From positions 32,001 to 96,000 of the forward strand of contig CAVSZB010000002.1 of NCBI GenBank assembly GCA_963732385.1: a stretch of 64,000 nucleotides of DNA, given 5' to 3'. Made by a program: the position numbers and the translations under genes. Of this stretch, positions 1 through 9,092 are shown piece by piece. The DNA is from an uncultured bacterium. Lineage in GTDB: Bacteria; Krumholzibacteriota; Krumholzibacteriia; LZORAL124-64-63. The notes beneath the pieces are model-generated. The model saw nothing but the letters and a program-made list of their open reading frames with translations. It had not been told where the DNA came from and ran no database searches. The number at the start of each line of letters is the position of its first letter. The first letter of the stretch is position 1.

Positions 1-1686
1 AACCTCGACCTGCGCGTCATCGCCGACATTTCCAACCGTGACGAATCCTGTTGCGCGGCTGTCGCCTACAAGACCGGCCCGACCAGTGCATTGATCGGTC
101 TGCTCGGTGGCACCGTGATCAACCCCGCCCGCCCCTATGACCGGAAGATGTATGCCAACACCGACCGCGGCTACGATCAGGAAACCGATGAATGGGGCGT
201 GTCTGCCGAGCTGAACTGGGACATGGGCGACAGCATGACCCTCACCTCGATCACCGCATACCGCGACTGGGACGCCGATCGCTCCCAGGATATCGACTTC
301 ACGGATGCCGACATCCTGTACAGGGATCCGGGCACCTACGGCAACCAGTTCGAAACCCTGACCCAGGAGCTGCGGCTGGCGGGAACCTCCGGACCACTGG
401 ACTGGCTGGTCGGCCTGTATTACATGGATGAGCAGCTGGATGTGAACGATGCCGTGCGCACGGGCCCGGCGTATGAGGCCTTTGCCAACGGCCTGCTGCA
501 GGCGGGCGGCGCGCCGGCAAATTCCCTGAGCCTGTTTACGGGACTTGCGCCCGGTACGGTATTTACCGACGGTGATGGTGCGGTCAGCGATGCCTTCCGC
601 CAGGATACTGACGGCTGGGCGATCTTCACCCACAACATCTGGAACCTCGATGAAACATCGAGGATCACGCTCGGTCTGCGCTACACCTCCGAAGACAAGG
701 ACGTGAACGCCGCCATCGCCTCGGACAACGTGGCCTGCCCCCTGATTCTGGCCAACAACAATCCGCTGCTTGCACCGATAAAGCCGTCAGCCCTGTCGCT
801 CGGCTGTCTGCCACTCATCTCGCCGCTGGTCGATGGCAGCTACAGCGGCTCGCGTGAGGATGACGAGGTCACCGGCACACTTGGCTATGCCCATGACTTT
901 TCATTCGGCTGGCTCGGCTACGCCTCATACGGCCGCGGTTTCAAGGCCGGTGGTTTCAATCTCGACCGGGGTGGTCTGACTGCCGGTGCACCTGCCACCA
1001 GCCAGCTGGAGTTCGACCCGGAAACCGTGGATGCCTGGGAGATCGGCACCAAGGGCATGCTGCTCGACGCGGTCCAGCTGAACATCGCGCTGTTCTGGAG
1101 CGAGTTCGATGACTTCCAGCTGAACTCCTTCAACGGCCTCAACTTCGTCGTTGACAACATCGGCGGCGTCACCAGCAAGGGTGTGGAGATAGAAGCGCAG
1201 GCACGCCCCCTGGAGCAACTGACGCTGGCCGGTGGCGTGGTCTATGCCGACACCCGCTATGACGATGACGTTCTCTACGATGGTACGGCCGGCAACCCCG
1301 ACCTGCGCGACAAGCGGCTCACCAACGCACCGCTGTGGAGCACCACCGGTTCGGCCACCTGGGAACAGGCGGTCGGCAACGATCTCATGGGCTTCCTGCA
1401 CCTGGATTTCCGCTTCAACAGCGACATGAACACCGGCTCGAATCTCGACCCGAACAAGGAACAGCGCTCCTACATGGTCTGGAACGGCCGGATCGGCTTC
1501 GGCCCGGATGACAAGCGCTGGCAACTGGAGCTGTGGGGACGGAACCTGTTCGACCGTGAATACCTGCAGGTCGCCATCGACGGCCCCCTGCAAGGCAGTG
1601 GCTCGGGCGCCACCTCGACCCGAACCTACCTCGGATTCCTCGGCGATCCGCGCACCTGGGGCGCGACTTTCCGCTACAACTTCTGA
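1..1686 (+). CDS. TonB-dependent receptor, 5'-truncated by the window edge
   Basis: Frame is open from base 1 (NLDLRVIADISNRDESCC...). Beta-barrel motifs QELRL, GFKAGGFN, PETVDAWEIG, GRNLFD; C-terminal PRTWGATFRYNF ends in Phe. Confidence 0.93.
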   Translation, partial: NLDLRVIADISNRDESCCAAVAYKTGPTSALIGLLGGTVINPARPYDRKMYANTDRGYDQETDEWGVSAELNWDMGDSMTLTSITAYRDWDADRSQDIDFTDADILYRDPGTYGNQFETLTQELRLAGTSGPLDWLVGLYYMDEQLDVNDAVRTGPAYEAFANGLLQAGGAPANSLSLFTGLAPGTVFTDGDGAVSDAFRQDTDGWAIFTHNIWNLDETSRITLGLRYTSEDKDVNAAIASDNVACPLILANNNPLLAPIKPSALSLGCLPLISPLVDGSYSGSREDDEVTGTLGYAHDFSFGWLGYASYGRGFKAGGFNLDRGGLTAGAPATSQLEFDPETVDAWEIGTKGMLLDAVQLNIALFWSEFDDFQLNSFNGLNFVVDNIGGVTSKGVEIEAQARPLEQLTLAGGVVYADTRYDDDVLYDGTAGNPDLRDKRLTNAPLWSTTGSATWEQAVGNDLMGFLHLDFRFNSDMNTGSNLDPNKEQRSYMVWNGRIGFGPDDKRWQLELWGRNLFDREYLQVAIDGPLQGSGSGATSTRTYLGFLGDPRTWGATFRYNF

Positions 1687-1695
1687 AGCCGGGTC

Positions 1696-2040
1696 TCAGG
1701 ACAGCAGGCGGTCGACTTTTGCGGCACAGATGAAGTCGTTCTCGGTGAGTCCATCCACCGCATGCGTCGACCACTGCACGGTGCATTTGCCCCACACCAC
1801 CTCGAGGTCGGGGTGGTGATCCTCTGACTCGGCGATCCAGGCCACGGCGTTGACGAAACCCAGCGTGCGCGCATAGCCGTCAAAGGCAAATGCGCGCACC
1901 AGCCGCTTGCCATCAGCCGACAACGTCCAGTCCGGGTGCAGGGCGCGGCGCAACTCGGCCACGGCTGCCGGCCCCAGCGCGGGCACCCCACCTTCGCAGG
2001 GCTTGCAGCGCTTTTTCTCCAGTTTCTCGGCATCGCTCAC
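1696..2040 (-). CDS. phhB: Pterin-4-alpha-carbinolamine dehydratase
   Basis: CKPCEGG N-terminus, EDHHPD motif, WSTHAVDGLTENDFICAAK; 114 aa. Confidence 0.92.
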   Translation of the reverse strand: MSDAEKLEKKRCKPCEGGVPALGPAAVAELRRALHPDWTLSADGKRLVRAFAFDGYARTLGFVNAVAWIAESEDHHPDLEVVWGKCTVQWSTHAVDGLTENDFICAAKVDRLLS

Positions 2041-2061
2041 GACATCTCTCCCATCAGCTGT

Positions 2062-3045
2062 TCACAGGGTCGTCAGGGCCACGAAGCTCCCGTCATTGCG
2101 CTCGCACAGCGCGCGCATGAGGTTGGCAAAGCGCGTGCCGTTGCGGTCCTGGCCCCCGGCAAACTGGGTGGGGAACCCGACCGCGTGGATGCGCACCAGG
2201 CGCTGGCCATCCTTGCCGGCCGTGTTGATGCGGTCCACGTAGCGCGCCACCGCCTCCACCTGGCCCTGCGGGAAATCGTCGCCGTAGATATAGATGCTGA
2301 TCTTGCGCCCGGGTTCATAAAACGAGTTGATGGCCTCGACTATCCCCTCGACCGGACTCGAATCGCTGTAGGGATTCCAGTTGGCGAGACGGCTGATGAT
2401 GTTCTTGCGCACCCCGGGTGTATCCGGCATCCACTTCCCGGCGTAGCTGGGGAACATGTACTTGCCCTCGTCGTTCATCACCTGGATGCCGCGCAGCTTC
2501 GGATAGACGGCCAGCGTTTCGCTGATCTTGCGCAGCACCAGTTGCCAGGGCCCCTGGTACATGCTGCCGGAGGTATCGATCACGAAGATGATGTATTCGC
2601 TGTCGACCGGAATGCCGCCAACCGTGGTGTCCTTGGCCGGTGGCCGGTAATCCACCAGCATCCGGCGCATCTCCTCGGTGAGGCGCTGCCTGGCAGCCTT
2701 CAGCTCACCCTCCTCGGCCGTATCCGGCACCGGCGCCTTGGTCGGTTTGTACTGGCCGCGAATCCGCGTCAGTTCGGCCTGCAGTTCGGCAATCGTCTGC
2801 TGCTTGTCACCGCGCGGCCCGGCGAGCTGGCTGGCCAGGCTGAGCGTACGCGCCTGAATGTCGGCGAGCTGCTGCTGGAGACTCGCGATCAGCGCCTCCG
2901 CTTCCTTGCGCGTGGTCTGGATGGACTCCGGCTCAAACAGCATGGTGATGACGAGCAGCAGGATCACGGCACCAAAGCCGCAGGAGATCGCGTCGAGAAA
3001 CGACAGGTTCAGGTTGTCCACTGCCTCGCGCCGCCGCCGTCTCAT
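2062..3045 (-). CDS. vWA-domain protein with ExbD/TolR-like N-terminal TM helix
   Basis: LSFLDAISCGFGAVILLLVI TM with Asp, coiled coil, MIDAS IFVIDTSGSM. Confidence 0.8.
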   Translation of the reverse strand: MRRRRREAVDNLNLSFLDAISCGFGAVILLLVITMLFEPESIQTTRKEAEALIASLQQQLADIQARTLSLASQLAGPRGDKQQTIAELQAELTRIRGQYKPTKAPVPDTAEEGELKAARQRLTEEMRRMLVDYRPPAKDTTVGGIPVDSEYIIFVIDTSGSMYQGPWQLVLRKISETLAVYPKLRGIQVMNDEGKYMFPSYAGKWMPDTPGVRKNIISRLANWNPYSDSSPVEGIVEAINSFYEPGRKISIYIYGDDFPQGQVEAVARYVDRINTAGKDGQRLVRIHAVGFPTQFAGGQDRNGTRFANLMRALCERNDGSFVALTTL

Positions 3046-3055
3046 GGCCGGTTCC

Positions 3056-4129
3056 TCACGGCCAGTCCCGCGACGGTGTCAGAAAGGAGCCCCGGGTCGC
3101 GATGGCCAGCCGCCAGAAAAACCCGGCCGCGTCCGGATCGCCATCCATCGGATACAGCAGCACATTCACCGGCACGCGATCCGGCAGCTCGCGCACCGCC
3201 TGATTGAAGAAGCTGGCACGCTGGGCCGGCTTCACCTGTGTGACACTGCCAGGCGCCTGTTTACCCTGGGTGGGCAGTCCGTCGGTCAGCAAATAGATAT
3301 TGTCGGGTGCCGGCCTGAGCTCACGCAGCGCTGCGAAGGCATTGGCGAGGCTGGTGCCCTTGTCCGGCACCACCTTGCGCAGTTCCTTCACGGCCTGCTC
3401 CAGCGCACCCGCTTCCAGCCAGTCACCATCGCTGCCGGGAATCACACTCTGCGCCTGCTCGTTGAACACATAGACCTGGAAGCGCGCACCGGGCTCGATC
3501 TGCGTCGTCAGCCAGTCGACCGCGGCCACCACCTGCCGCCACTTCGGTGCCTTGCGCTTGCGGGCATCCGGCATGGCCCGGTAGCGGACCACGTTCACAT
3601 AGGTCCGTGCCAGCATGCTCGACGAGGCATCGACCAGGATCACCACCCGCTTGCCGCCCATCTGCATGCCGGTCAGATACTGGCGGTTGCCATCACCGGT
3701 GAAACTGCGCACGCGGGCACCCGAACCGGACTTCTGCTGACTGGCACTGAGGCGGCTCAGGCCCTCCTCCAGGCGCTGGACGTCGGCACGCAACTGCTCG
3801 GGGCTTTCTTTCTCCGCAACGCTGTCAGCGGGCTGCGCCGCCACTTTCGCGCGCATGTCGGCAATCTGCTGTCGCAGCTTCTCGATCTGTGCAGCAGCCT
3901 GTTCGGGGGAGGGAACCGGACTGGCCTGCAGGCGCGCCAGATTGCTGCGCGCATCCCGGACTTCCTGCTCCAGGCTGCCAGCTTCGGCGAGCAGCTCCGC
4001 ACTGGCCCGCTCGGCCTTCAGCCGCACCTGGGCACTGATGATCATCAGGAACAGGATCGTGGCACCCAGGCCGCAGGCCATCACGTCCAGGAAGGAGAGA
4101 CTGAAGACGTTGAAGGATCTACGCGCCAT
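3056..4129 (-). CDS. vWA-domain protein with ExbD/TolR-like N-terminal TM helix (paralog of the downstream gene)
   Basis: ATG at 4129 (MARRSFNVFSLSFLDVMACGLGA), coiled coil, MIDAS ILVDASSSM, GTSL, LLTDG. Confidence 0.82.
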   Translation of the reverse strand: MARRSFNVFSLSFLDVMACGLGATILFLMIISAQVRLKAERASAELLAEAGSLEQEVRDARSNLARLQASPVPSPEQAAAQIEKLRQQIADMRAKVAAQPADSVAEKESPEQLRADVQRLEEGLSRLSASQQKSGSGARVRSFTGDGNRQYLTGMQMGGKRVVILVDASSSMLARTYVNVVRYRAMPDARKRKAPKWRQVVAAVDWLTTQIEPGARFQVYVFNEQAQSVIPGSDGDWLEAGALEQAVKELRKVVPDKGTSLANAFAALRELRPAPDNIYLLTDGLPTQGKQAPGSVTQVKPAQRASFFNQAVRELPDRVPVNVLLYPMDGDPDAAGFFWRLAIATRGSFLTPSRDWP

Positions 4130-5516
4130 GGCCGGCAACTTCGGCGATCAGCCGCAGCTCGACCGGCGGCGTGCCCAGGCTGATCACATCGCCGGCCTTG
4201 AGCACCGCTGCCGTGTCCACGCGGTGCCCGTTCAGCAGCGTGCCGAAACGGCTGTGATCGAGGAGCATCTGCACACCGTTCTCGGTACGCACCGTGCAGT
4301 GATGCCGCGAAACGCCGCGCAACCCCGCCTCCAGCAGCACGCCGTGTTCCCCGGCTGTCACGCCGGTACCGATCGTCAAGGGTTCTGCGCCGAGACGCCA
4401 GGCGCGATGTCCGGCCAGCAGATGGGTTGCGGCACACTCGCTGCGTTCCGCCGGCGCCACTCCGGACGCGGCTCTTTCGACCGGCGGTCGATCCCAGGGC
4501 AGTTCGGTGCGCACCACGGGTACATCCACCCGCTCGGGCGTGAGCCGGGCAAGCGCACCGAATGCAGCGGCACCGGGTTCCAGCACATGGATTTCGCATT
4601 CCGGCAGCCGCATCAGGCTGTCGAGCACGCCGGGGAAATCGGTCAGCCGCTGCGGTACCTGCAGCACATGCGGACCCCGCATCACGATGCGCGAACGCAG
4701 CCGCTGCAGCAGCGGCTCGCAGGCTGCGGCCATGCGCTCCCGGAAATCCGCCGCGTCGATGGTGGCCCGGAACCGGTCCGTGCCGGACTTGAGTTCGAGC
4801 CGTGCATCGACATCGCGCGCCACCCGCCCCAGCCAGTCCGGCAAGCGGTCAAACAGGGCCTGCTCCATCTCCGCGCTGTGCAGCGGATCGAAGCGGCTGT
4901 GCTCGATGAAACGCCGCGCGATGAGTTCTGTCGCCAGCCGCTGCAGCGACTCCACACCCAGCGACGGGAAGAATTCGCGCTCGCCCACACGGGCCTGCCC
5001 ATCCTGGCGGATATGCGTCAGCGTCAGGGTATGCAGCCCGGCATCGATATGCAGCAATTCACGACCCGGGTACTCGTTGCGCACGGCGGCCACCGAGGCA
5101 TCCACCAGCCCGAGTATCGCCAGTTCGTATTCGCGGCTGATGTCGATCAGCGCACTGATCTGTTCGGGCGTCCACCAGGGCGGCGTGGCACAGACGAGAC
5201 CGCGCTGGCTGCTGGTGCCGTGTGTCAGCCACAGCCGGCGCAAATGCGCAGCGACGATCTCGGCGTTGGAGACAAAGGCACGCAGCGGCCGCTGCAGGGG
5301 TGCGGCCGTCAGGTCACGCCAGTAGCGCACACTGGTGAGGCGCGGCCAGCGCTTGAGCACCGGCAGAGCATCGGCACCAAAGCGCGCCGGCCCGTCCGCA
5401 ACCACCACATAGGCCGGCTCCACATGCAGCAGGCCGGTTTCGCTGACGACGGCTACGGCGGCATCATTGAGGTCGATGGCCAGCGGTGTGGTCAGGATGG
5501 GCTGGGTGCTGATCAC
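4119..5516 (-). CDS. Degenerate Hsp70/actin-like fold protein with C-terminal FHA domain
   Basis: LAIDLND, CATPPWW, GLVDASVAA and LHIDAG resemble Hsp70 NBD elements; C-terminal GVSRHHC...DHSRFGTLLNG...LKAGDVISLG is FHA-like. Confidence 0.7.
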   Translation of the reverse strand: MISTQPILTTPLAIDLNDAAVAVVSETGLLHVEPAYVVVADGPARFGADALPVLKRWPRLTSVRYWRDLTAAPLQRPLRAFVSNAEIVAAHLRRLWLTHGTSSQRGLVCATPPWWTPEQISALIDISREYELAILGLVDASVAAVRNEYPGRELLHIDAGLHTLTLTHIRQDGQARVGEREFFPSLGVESLQRLATELIARRFIEHSRFDPLHSAEMEQALFDRLPDWLGRVARDVDARLELKSGTDRFRATIDAADFRERMAAACEPLLQRLRSRIVMRGPHVLQVPQRLTDFPGVLDSLMRLPECEIHVLEPGAAAFGALARLTPERVDVPVVRTELPWDRPPVERAASGVAPAERSECAATHLLAGHRAWRLGAEPLTIGTGVTAGEHGVLLEAGLRGVSRHHCTVRTENGVQMLLDHSRFGTLLNGHRVDTAAVLKAGDVISLGTPPVELRLIAEVAGHGA

Positions 5517-5520
5517 GGCG

Positions 5521-6318
5521 TCAGTTGACCTGCAGATGCCGGATCAGGTGTTCATCGAGATAGCTTTCGGCCTCGAAGGACAGCCGCTCCTGCAGGAGTT
5601 GCAGCTGATGCACGAGAAACATCAGCAGGATGCTGATCAGCAGGGCAATCAGCGTGGAATTGAAGGCCACGCCCAGGCTCTCGGTGACACCACTGATATC
5701 GCCCGACACCGCCTTGTTGGCCACGCCGAGCGCATCGCCGATGCCGCGCACCGTGCCGATGAAGCCGATGGAGGGAATCGCCCAGAGGATATAGCGGATC
5801 ATGGACAGCTCGGCTTCCAGCCGCTCGCCGCCCGACATCACCACGGTGTGTGCGGACGACGACGCGTCCTGCACATTGTGCGTGGCGCCAAAGCGCTGCA
5901 GGGCATTGAGCAGCGCGCGCGGCAGCAGCAGAGCCTGGTCCGCTGCTGGCAGACCCTGGATCTGGCGGATGTAGTTGCGCGTGTCTTCGGGCAGGATCCG
6001 CATGCCCTCCGCGATCGGCACCAGCTCGCGATCAAGCATCTCCCGCTCGCGCGCCACATTGCGCGCCTTGTAGCCCATGATCGAGAGCGCCCACAGCCCC
6101 AGCACGAAGCAGGCCTCCTGCTCGTAGTCCTTGAGCACGATGTACCAGGAACGCTGCGGGGTGTAGCTCGCATCCTGCTTCACCATCTGCCGGTTCTGCT
6201 CGATCACCGCCTGCGCATTCGGCCAGACCAGCGTGACATACACCGCATGCACCAGCAGCACGGACAGCAGCAGCGAGAAGAGCTGATAGACAAACTCGGC
6301 GGAGAAGGTTCTTTGCAT
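5521..6318 (-). CDS. MotA/TolQ/ExbB proton channel family protein
   Basis: WAIPSIGFIGTVRGI and GVAFNSTLIAL TM motifs, plus two N-terminal TM segments. Confidence 0.9.
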   Translation of the reverse strand: MQRTFSAEFVYQLFSLLLSVLLVHAVYVTLVWPNAQAVIEQNRQMVKQDASYTPQRSWYIVLKDYEQEACFVLGLWALSIMGYKARNVAREREMLDRELVPIAEGMRILPEDTRNYIRQIQGLPAADQALLLPRALLNALQRFGATHNVQDASSSAHTVVMSGGERLEAELSMIRYILWAIPSIGFIGTVRGIGDALGVANKAVSGDISGVTESLGVAFNSTLIALLISILLMFLVHQLQLLQERLSFEAESYLDEHLIRHLQVN

Positions 6319-6343
6319 GGACTGATTCCCGGTCGGCAGAGGT

Positions 6344-6679
6344 TCAGATATCCGAAGGCAGCGAAACGCCGAGGTCGGCAGGCAGGGGCTTTTCAGCCAC
6401 CACCTCGCCCGGATCCGGACCGCCGCTGAGCACTTTCTCGACGTTCTTCAGCTCGGCCTCGATCTCGGCGGAGGACAGCTCTTCGACTGCTCCGGCAGCC
6501 GGCACCGCGGCCGGTTCGGCCGGGCGGCCCGCATCCAGCTGCAGCATCGACGGCGGATCGCGGCTGAAGGTGCTGCCGGCCGTCAAAGAATCGCGGCTGA
6601 AGCCGCTCCTACCGGCTGCCCAGGTCAGGCCCAGGCCCAGTCCGATCACCAGCAGGGTGCGCCAGATGTTCCCCAGCAT
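6344..6679 (-). CDS. Small membrane-anchored hypothetical protein
   Basis: ATG at 6679, 4 bp after the upstream stop; N-terminal hydrophobic helix (TLLVIGLGLGLTW); ends LPADLGVSLPSDI. Confidence 0.7.
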   Translation of the reverse strand: MLGNIWRTLLVIGLGLGLTWAAGRSGFSRDSLTAGSTFSRDPPSMLQLDAGRPAEPAAVPAAGAVEELSSAEIEAELKNVEKVLSGGPDPGEVVAEKPLPADLGVSLPSDI

Positions 6680-6683
6680 CGCC

Positions 6684-9092
6684 TCATCGCTCCTGGTCGT
6701 CGGCCGTGCGTGCGATCCGGAAACCCACATCGAGACGGCCGCTGTCACCGAAATCGCGGAAGGACAGGCGCAGCTCGCTGATGCCACTGTGGCGCCAGCT
6801 CGAACCGCGGATCACATGATACTGCCCGTCAGCCGGCCCGGTGGGATCGACCGCCAGCGGCACGCCGGAGGGGTAGACGGTGTAGCGGTCGCTGGCCCAC
6901 TCCGCCGCATTGCCACCCAGGTCAAACAGGCCGAGCGGACTGGCGCTGAAGCTGCCGACCGGTGCCGTCACCGCATGGCCATCGCTGTAGTCGGCCAGCA
7001 CATTGCTGACGATGCCCTGTGCCGTGCGATCCGCAAAGTTGCCGGCACCAGCCGGTGGCGGCATCGCATCACCCCAGGGGTATCGGCGACTGCCACCACC
7101 GCCGGTATGACGTGCGGTCCACTCCCACTCCGCCTCGGTGGGCAGGCGGTAGCCCGTGGTCGGCGGTGTCGCCAGCGCCAGCTGCCCGGCAACCTCCACA
7201 TAGGCGCGCGGAAGTTGCTCCTGGTCGCTCAGCCAGTTGCAGTAGGCCGCCGCATCCTGCCAGCCCAGCATCACCACCGGGTGGCTGCCCGCAGCCAGCT
7301 GCTGGAATTTCTCCGCGCCGGAAGTATGCCGGGGCTGGAAGGCGCGGTACTGGCTGTTCGTCACCTCGTGCCTGGCGATATAGAAGGCCCGCGTCAGGCG
7401 CACCTCGCGCTCGGTCTCGTTGGCCCGCCGACCCTGCTCGCGGCGCGGCGCACCCATGCGGAACTGGCCGGGCTGGATCAGCCGCAACTCCTGCCCCTGC
7501 GAAGTCGTCACGGTACGCGGTGTGGCTGCAATCACCGCCTGCTGCGGCGTCAGCAGCCTGGCCACGACCTCCTGCGGCTGGCCAGGCTGCGGCGTGACTT
7601 CAGTGCGGTAAGGCGCGAAGCCCGGCTTGCGGAATTCGAAGCGATGGGCGAAGGACGGCAGCGACAGTTCGCGCGGTCCGCTGCCCAGCGACTTGCCATC
7701 GACCAGCAGCTCGGCATCAGCTGGCTCACTGCGCACACGAACGACGCCGATGCGCGCCGCGAGTTCGACACGCAGCGTTGCGCCACGGCTGCTGCGGAGG
7801 TCCACGTCGCGGGTCAATGATTCATGGCCGGGCTTGCTCAGCGCGACCGGGTAGCTGCGTCCCGGCGGCAGGCCGATTTCCAGCGGCGTCACACCCCGGT
7901 AGCGACCCGCAACCGTCACCGTCGCGCCCGGCGGCTCGCTGATGATGCGCACCAGGCCGTCGGCCTGCTCCAGCTTGAGGTCGGCAATCTGCTGCGGCTG
8001 GTTGGCCACCGCGCTGACCCGGCGCGTGAGCGTCTTGAAACCGTCCTTCTCGAGACTGAGCATGCGTTCGCCGGCCAGCAGTTCCAGTTTGAGTGGCGTG
8101 GTGCCAGCCGGCACACCATCCACCAGCACGGCAGCACCCGCCGGCACGCTGCTGATGGTGACCTCGGCCCAGTCCGGCACGAGCCGGGCCTCGATGGCCT
8201 GCACCACACCGCCGCCCTCCACCGTCAGCGCGGTCTCCCAGGGCTGATAACGCGGTGCCACGATACGCAGCTGGTGGCTGCCGGCCTTGACCTCGATGGG
8301 TGGTGTCGGCGTGCGGCCGACGCTCAGGCCATCGATGCTCGCTTCAGCCGCAACGGCCGGCTGCGTGCTGAGCAGGAGCTGCCCCGGCAGGCGGTCCAGC
8401 CGCAGGCTGAAGTCCTGGCTGGGCGCATCCGTGACCTGGATGCCGAGCTCGCCGGGCACATGGCCCTCAGCGGTCGCGCGCACCGTGTAGCGGCCCGGCC
8501 GCAGCAGATAGCGGCCGGCAAAGCGCAGATCCGGCACACCCTGCATATCGACCACCGCGATCGCCGGATCCACAGTGACCAGCACGGCGCGCGAAGTCAG
8601 CAACCAGAAGGCGCACGCAGCCAGCACGAGCAGCGCCGCCCAGATCGCCGGTGCGCGCCAGCGCGGAGCGGCGCGGCGCCTGAAGGATGCCCGCGGCACC
8701 ATCGGTGGTGCCTGGGCCGTTGCGGCGGCAGCCTCGCGCGGCTCCGCTGCCGGTGGCAGCGTGTCGTAGTCCACAGCGCTGAAGCGCAGCCGGAACTCGA
8801 GCAGATCAGCGCCGAAAGCACAGCGGATCCGGGCGCTGCCGATACCGATCTCGTCACCATCCGCGAGCCAGCGCGTGCCGGTGAGCGGCACCTCGTTGAC
8901 GGTGACCTGCGTGCCGGTCGGCTGCAGGAAGGGCCGACCATCCAGCAGCCCCATCAGCGCGTGGCTCTGGTCCGCAACCGGACCCGGCAGACGGATCGCT
9001 GCGGCCGGCCCGGTGCCGATACGCAACGGCAGGTCGGCCTCGCCAAAGCGGCGCGTACCCGAAGCGTCATGCACGACGATGGCGGAACTCAA
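6684..9092 (-). CDS. FHA-like + TM + multiple PEGA + SUMF1/FGE-sulfatase domain protein
   Basis: Repeated PEGA units (SVPAGAAVLVDG..GTTP, SEPPGATVTV..GVTP); FGE motifs FRMG, HEVTN, HPVV, RLPTEAEWE, GLFDLGGNAAEW, RGSSW, VGFR. Confidence 0.88.
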   Translation of the reverse strand: MSSAIVVHDASGTRRFGEADLPLRIGTGPAAAIRLPGPVADQSHALMGLLDGRPFLQPTGTQVTVNEVPLTGTRWLADGDEIGIGSARIRCAFGADLLEFRLRFSAVDYDTLPPAAEPREAAAATAQAPPMVPRASFRRRAAPRWRAPAIWAALLVLAACAFWLLTSRAVLVTVDPAIAVVDMQGVPDLRFAGRYLLRPGRYTVRATAEGHVPGELGIQVTDAPSQDFSLRLDRLPGQLLLSTQPAVAAEASIDGLSVGRTPTPPIEVKAGSHQLRIVAPRYQPWETALTVEGGGVVQAIEARLVPDWAEVTISSVPAGAAVLVDGVPAGTTPLKLELLAGERMLSLEKDGFKTLTRRVSAVANQPQQIADLKLEQADGLVRIISEPPGATVTVAGRYRGVTPLEIGLPPGRSYPVALSKPGHESLTRDVDLRSSRGATLRVELAARIGVVRVRSEPADAELLVDGKSLGSGPRELSLPSFAHRFEFRKPGFAPYRTEVTPQPGQPQEVVARLLTPQQAVIAATPRTVTTSQGQELRLIQPGQFRMGAPRREQGRRANETEREVRLTRAFYIARHEVTNSQYRAFQPRHTSGAEKFQQLAAGSHPVVMLGWQDAAAYCNWLSDQEQLPRAYVEVAGQLALATPPTTGYRLPTEAEWEWTARHTGGGGSRRYPWGDAMPPPAGAGNFADRTAQGIVSNVLADYSDGHAVTAPVGSFSASPLGLFDLGGNAAEWASDRYTVYPSGVPLAVDPTGPADGQYHVIRGSSWRHSGISELRLSFRDFGDSGRLDVGFRIARTADDQER

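Noticed and set aside
1696..2040. PhhB as a functional part of the envelope operon
   Set aside because: It is a widespread standalone enzyme; co-orientation alone is weak evidence, so it is treated as a probable passenger until synteny is checked.
6684..7500. C-terminal FGE/CLec domain as a diversity-generating retroelement target
   Set aside because: No reverse transcriptase and no second near-identical template repeat was seen in the window.
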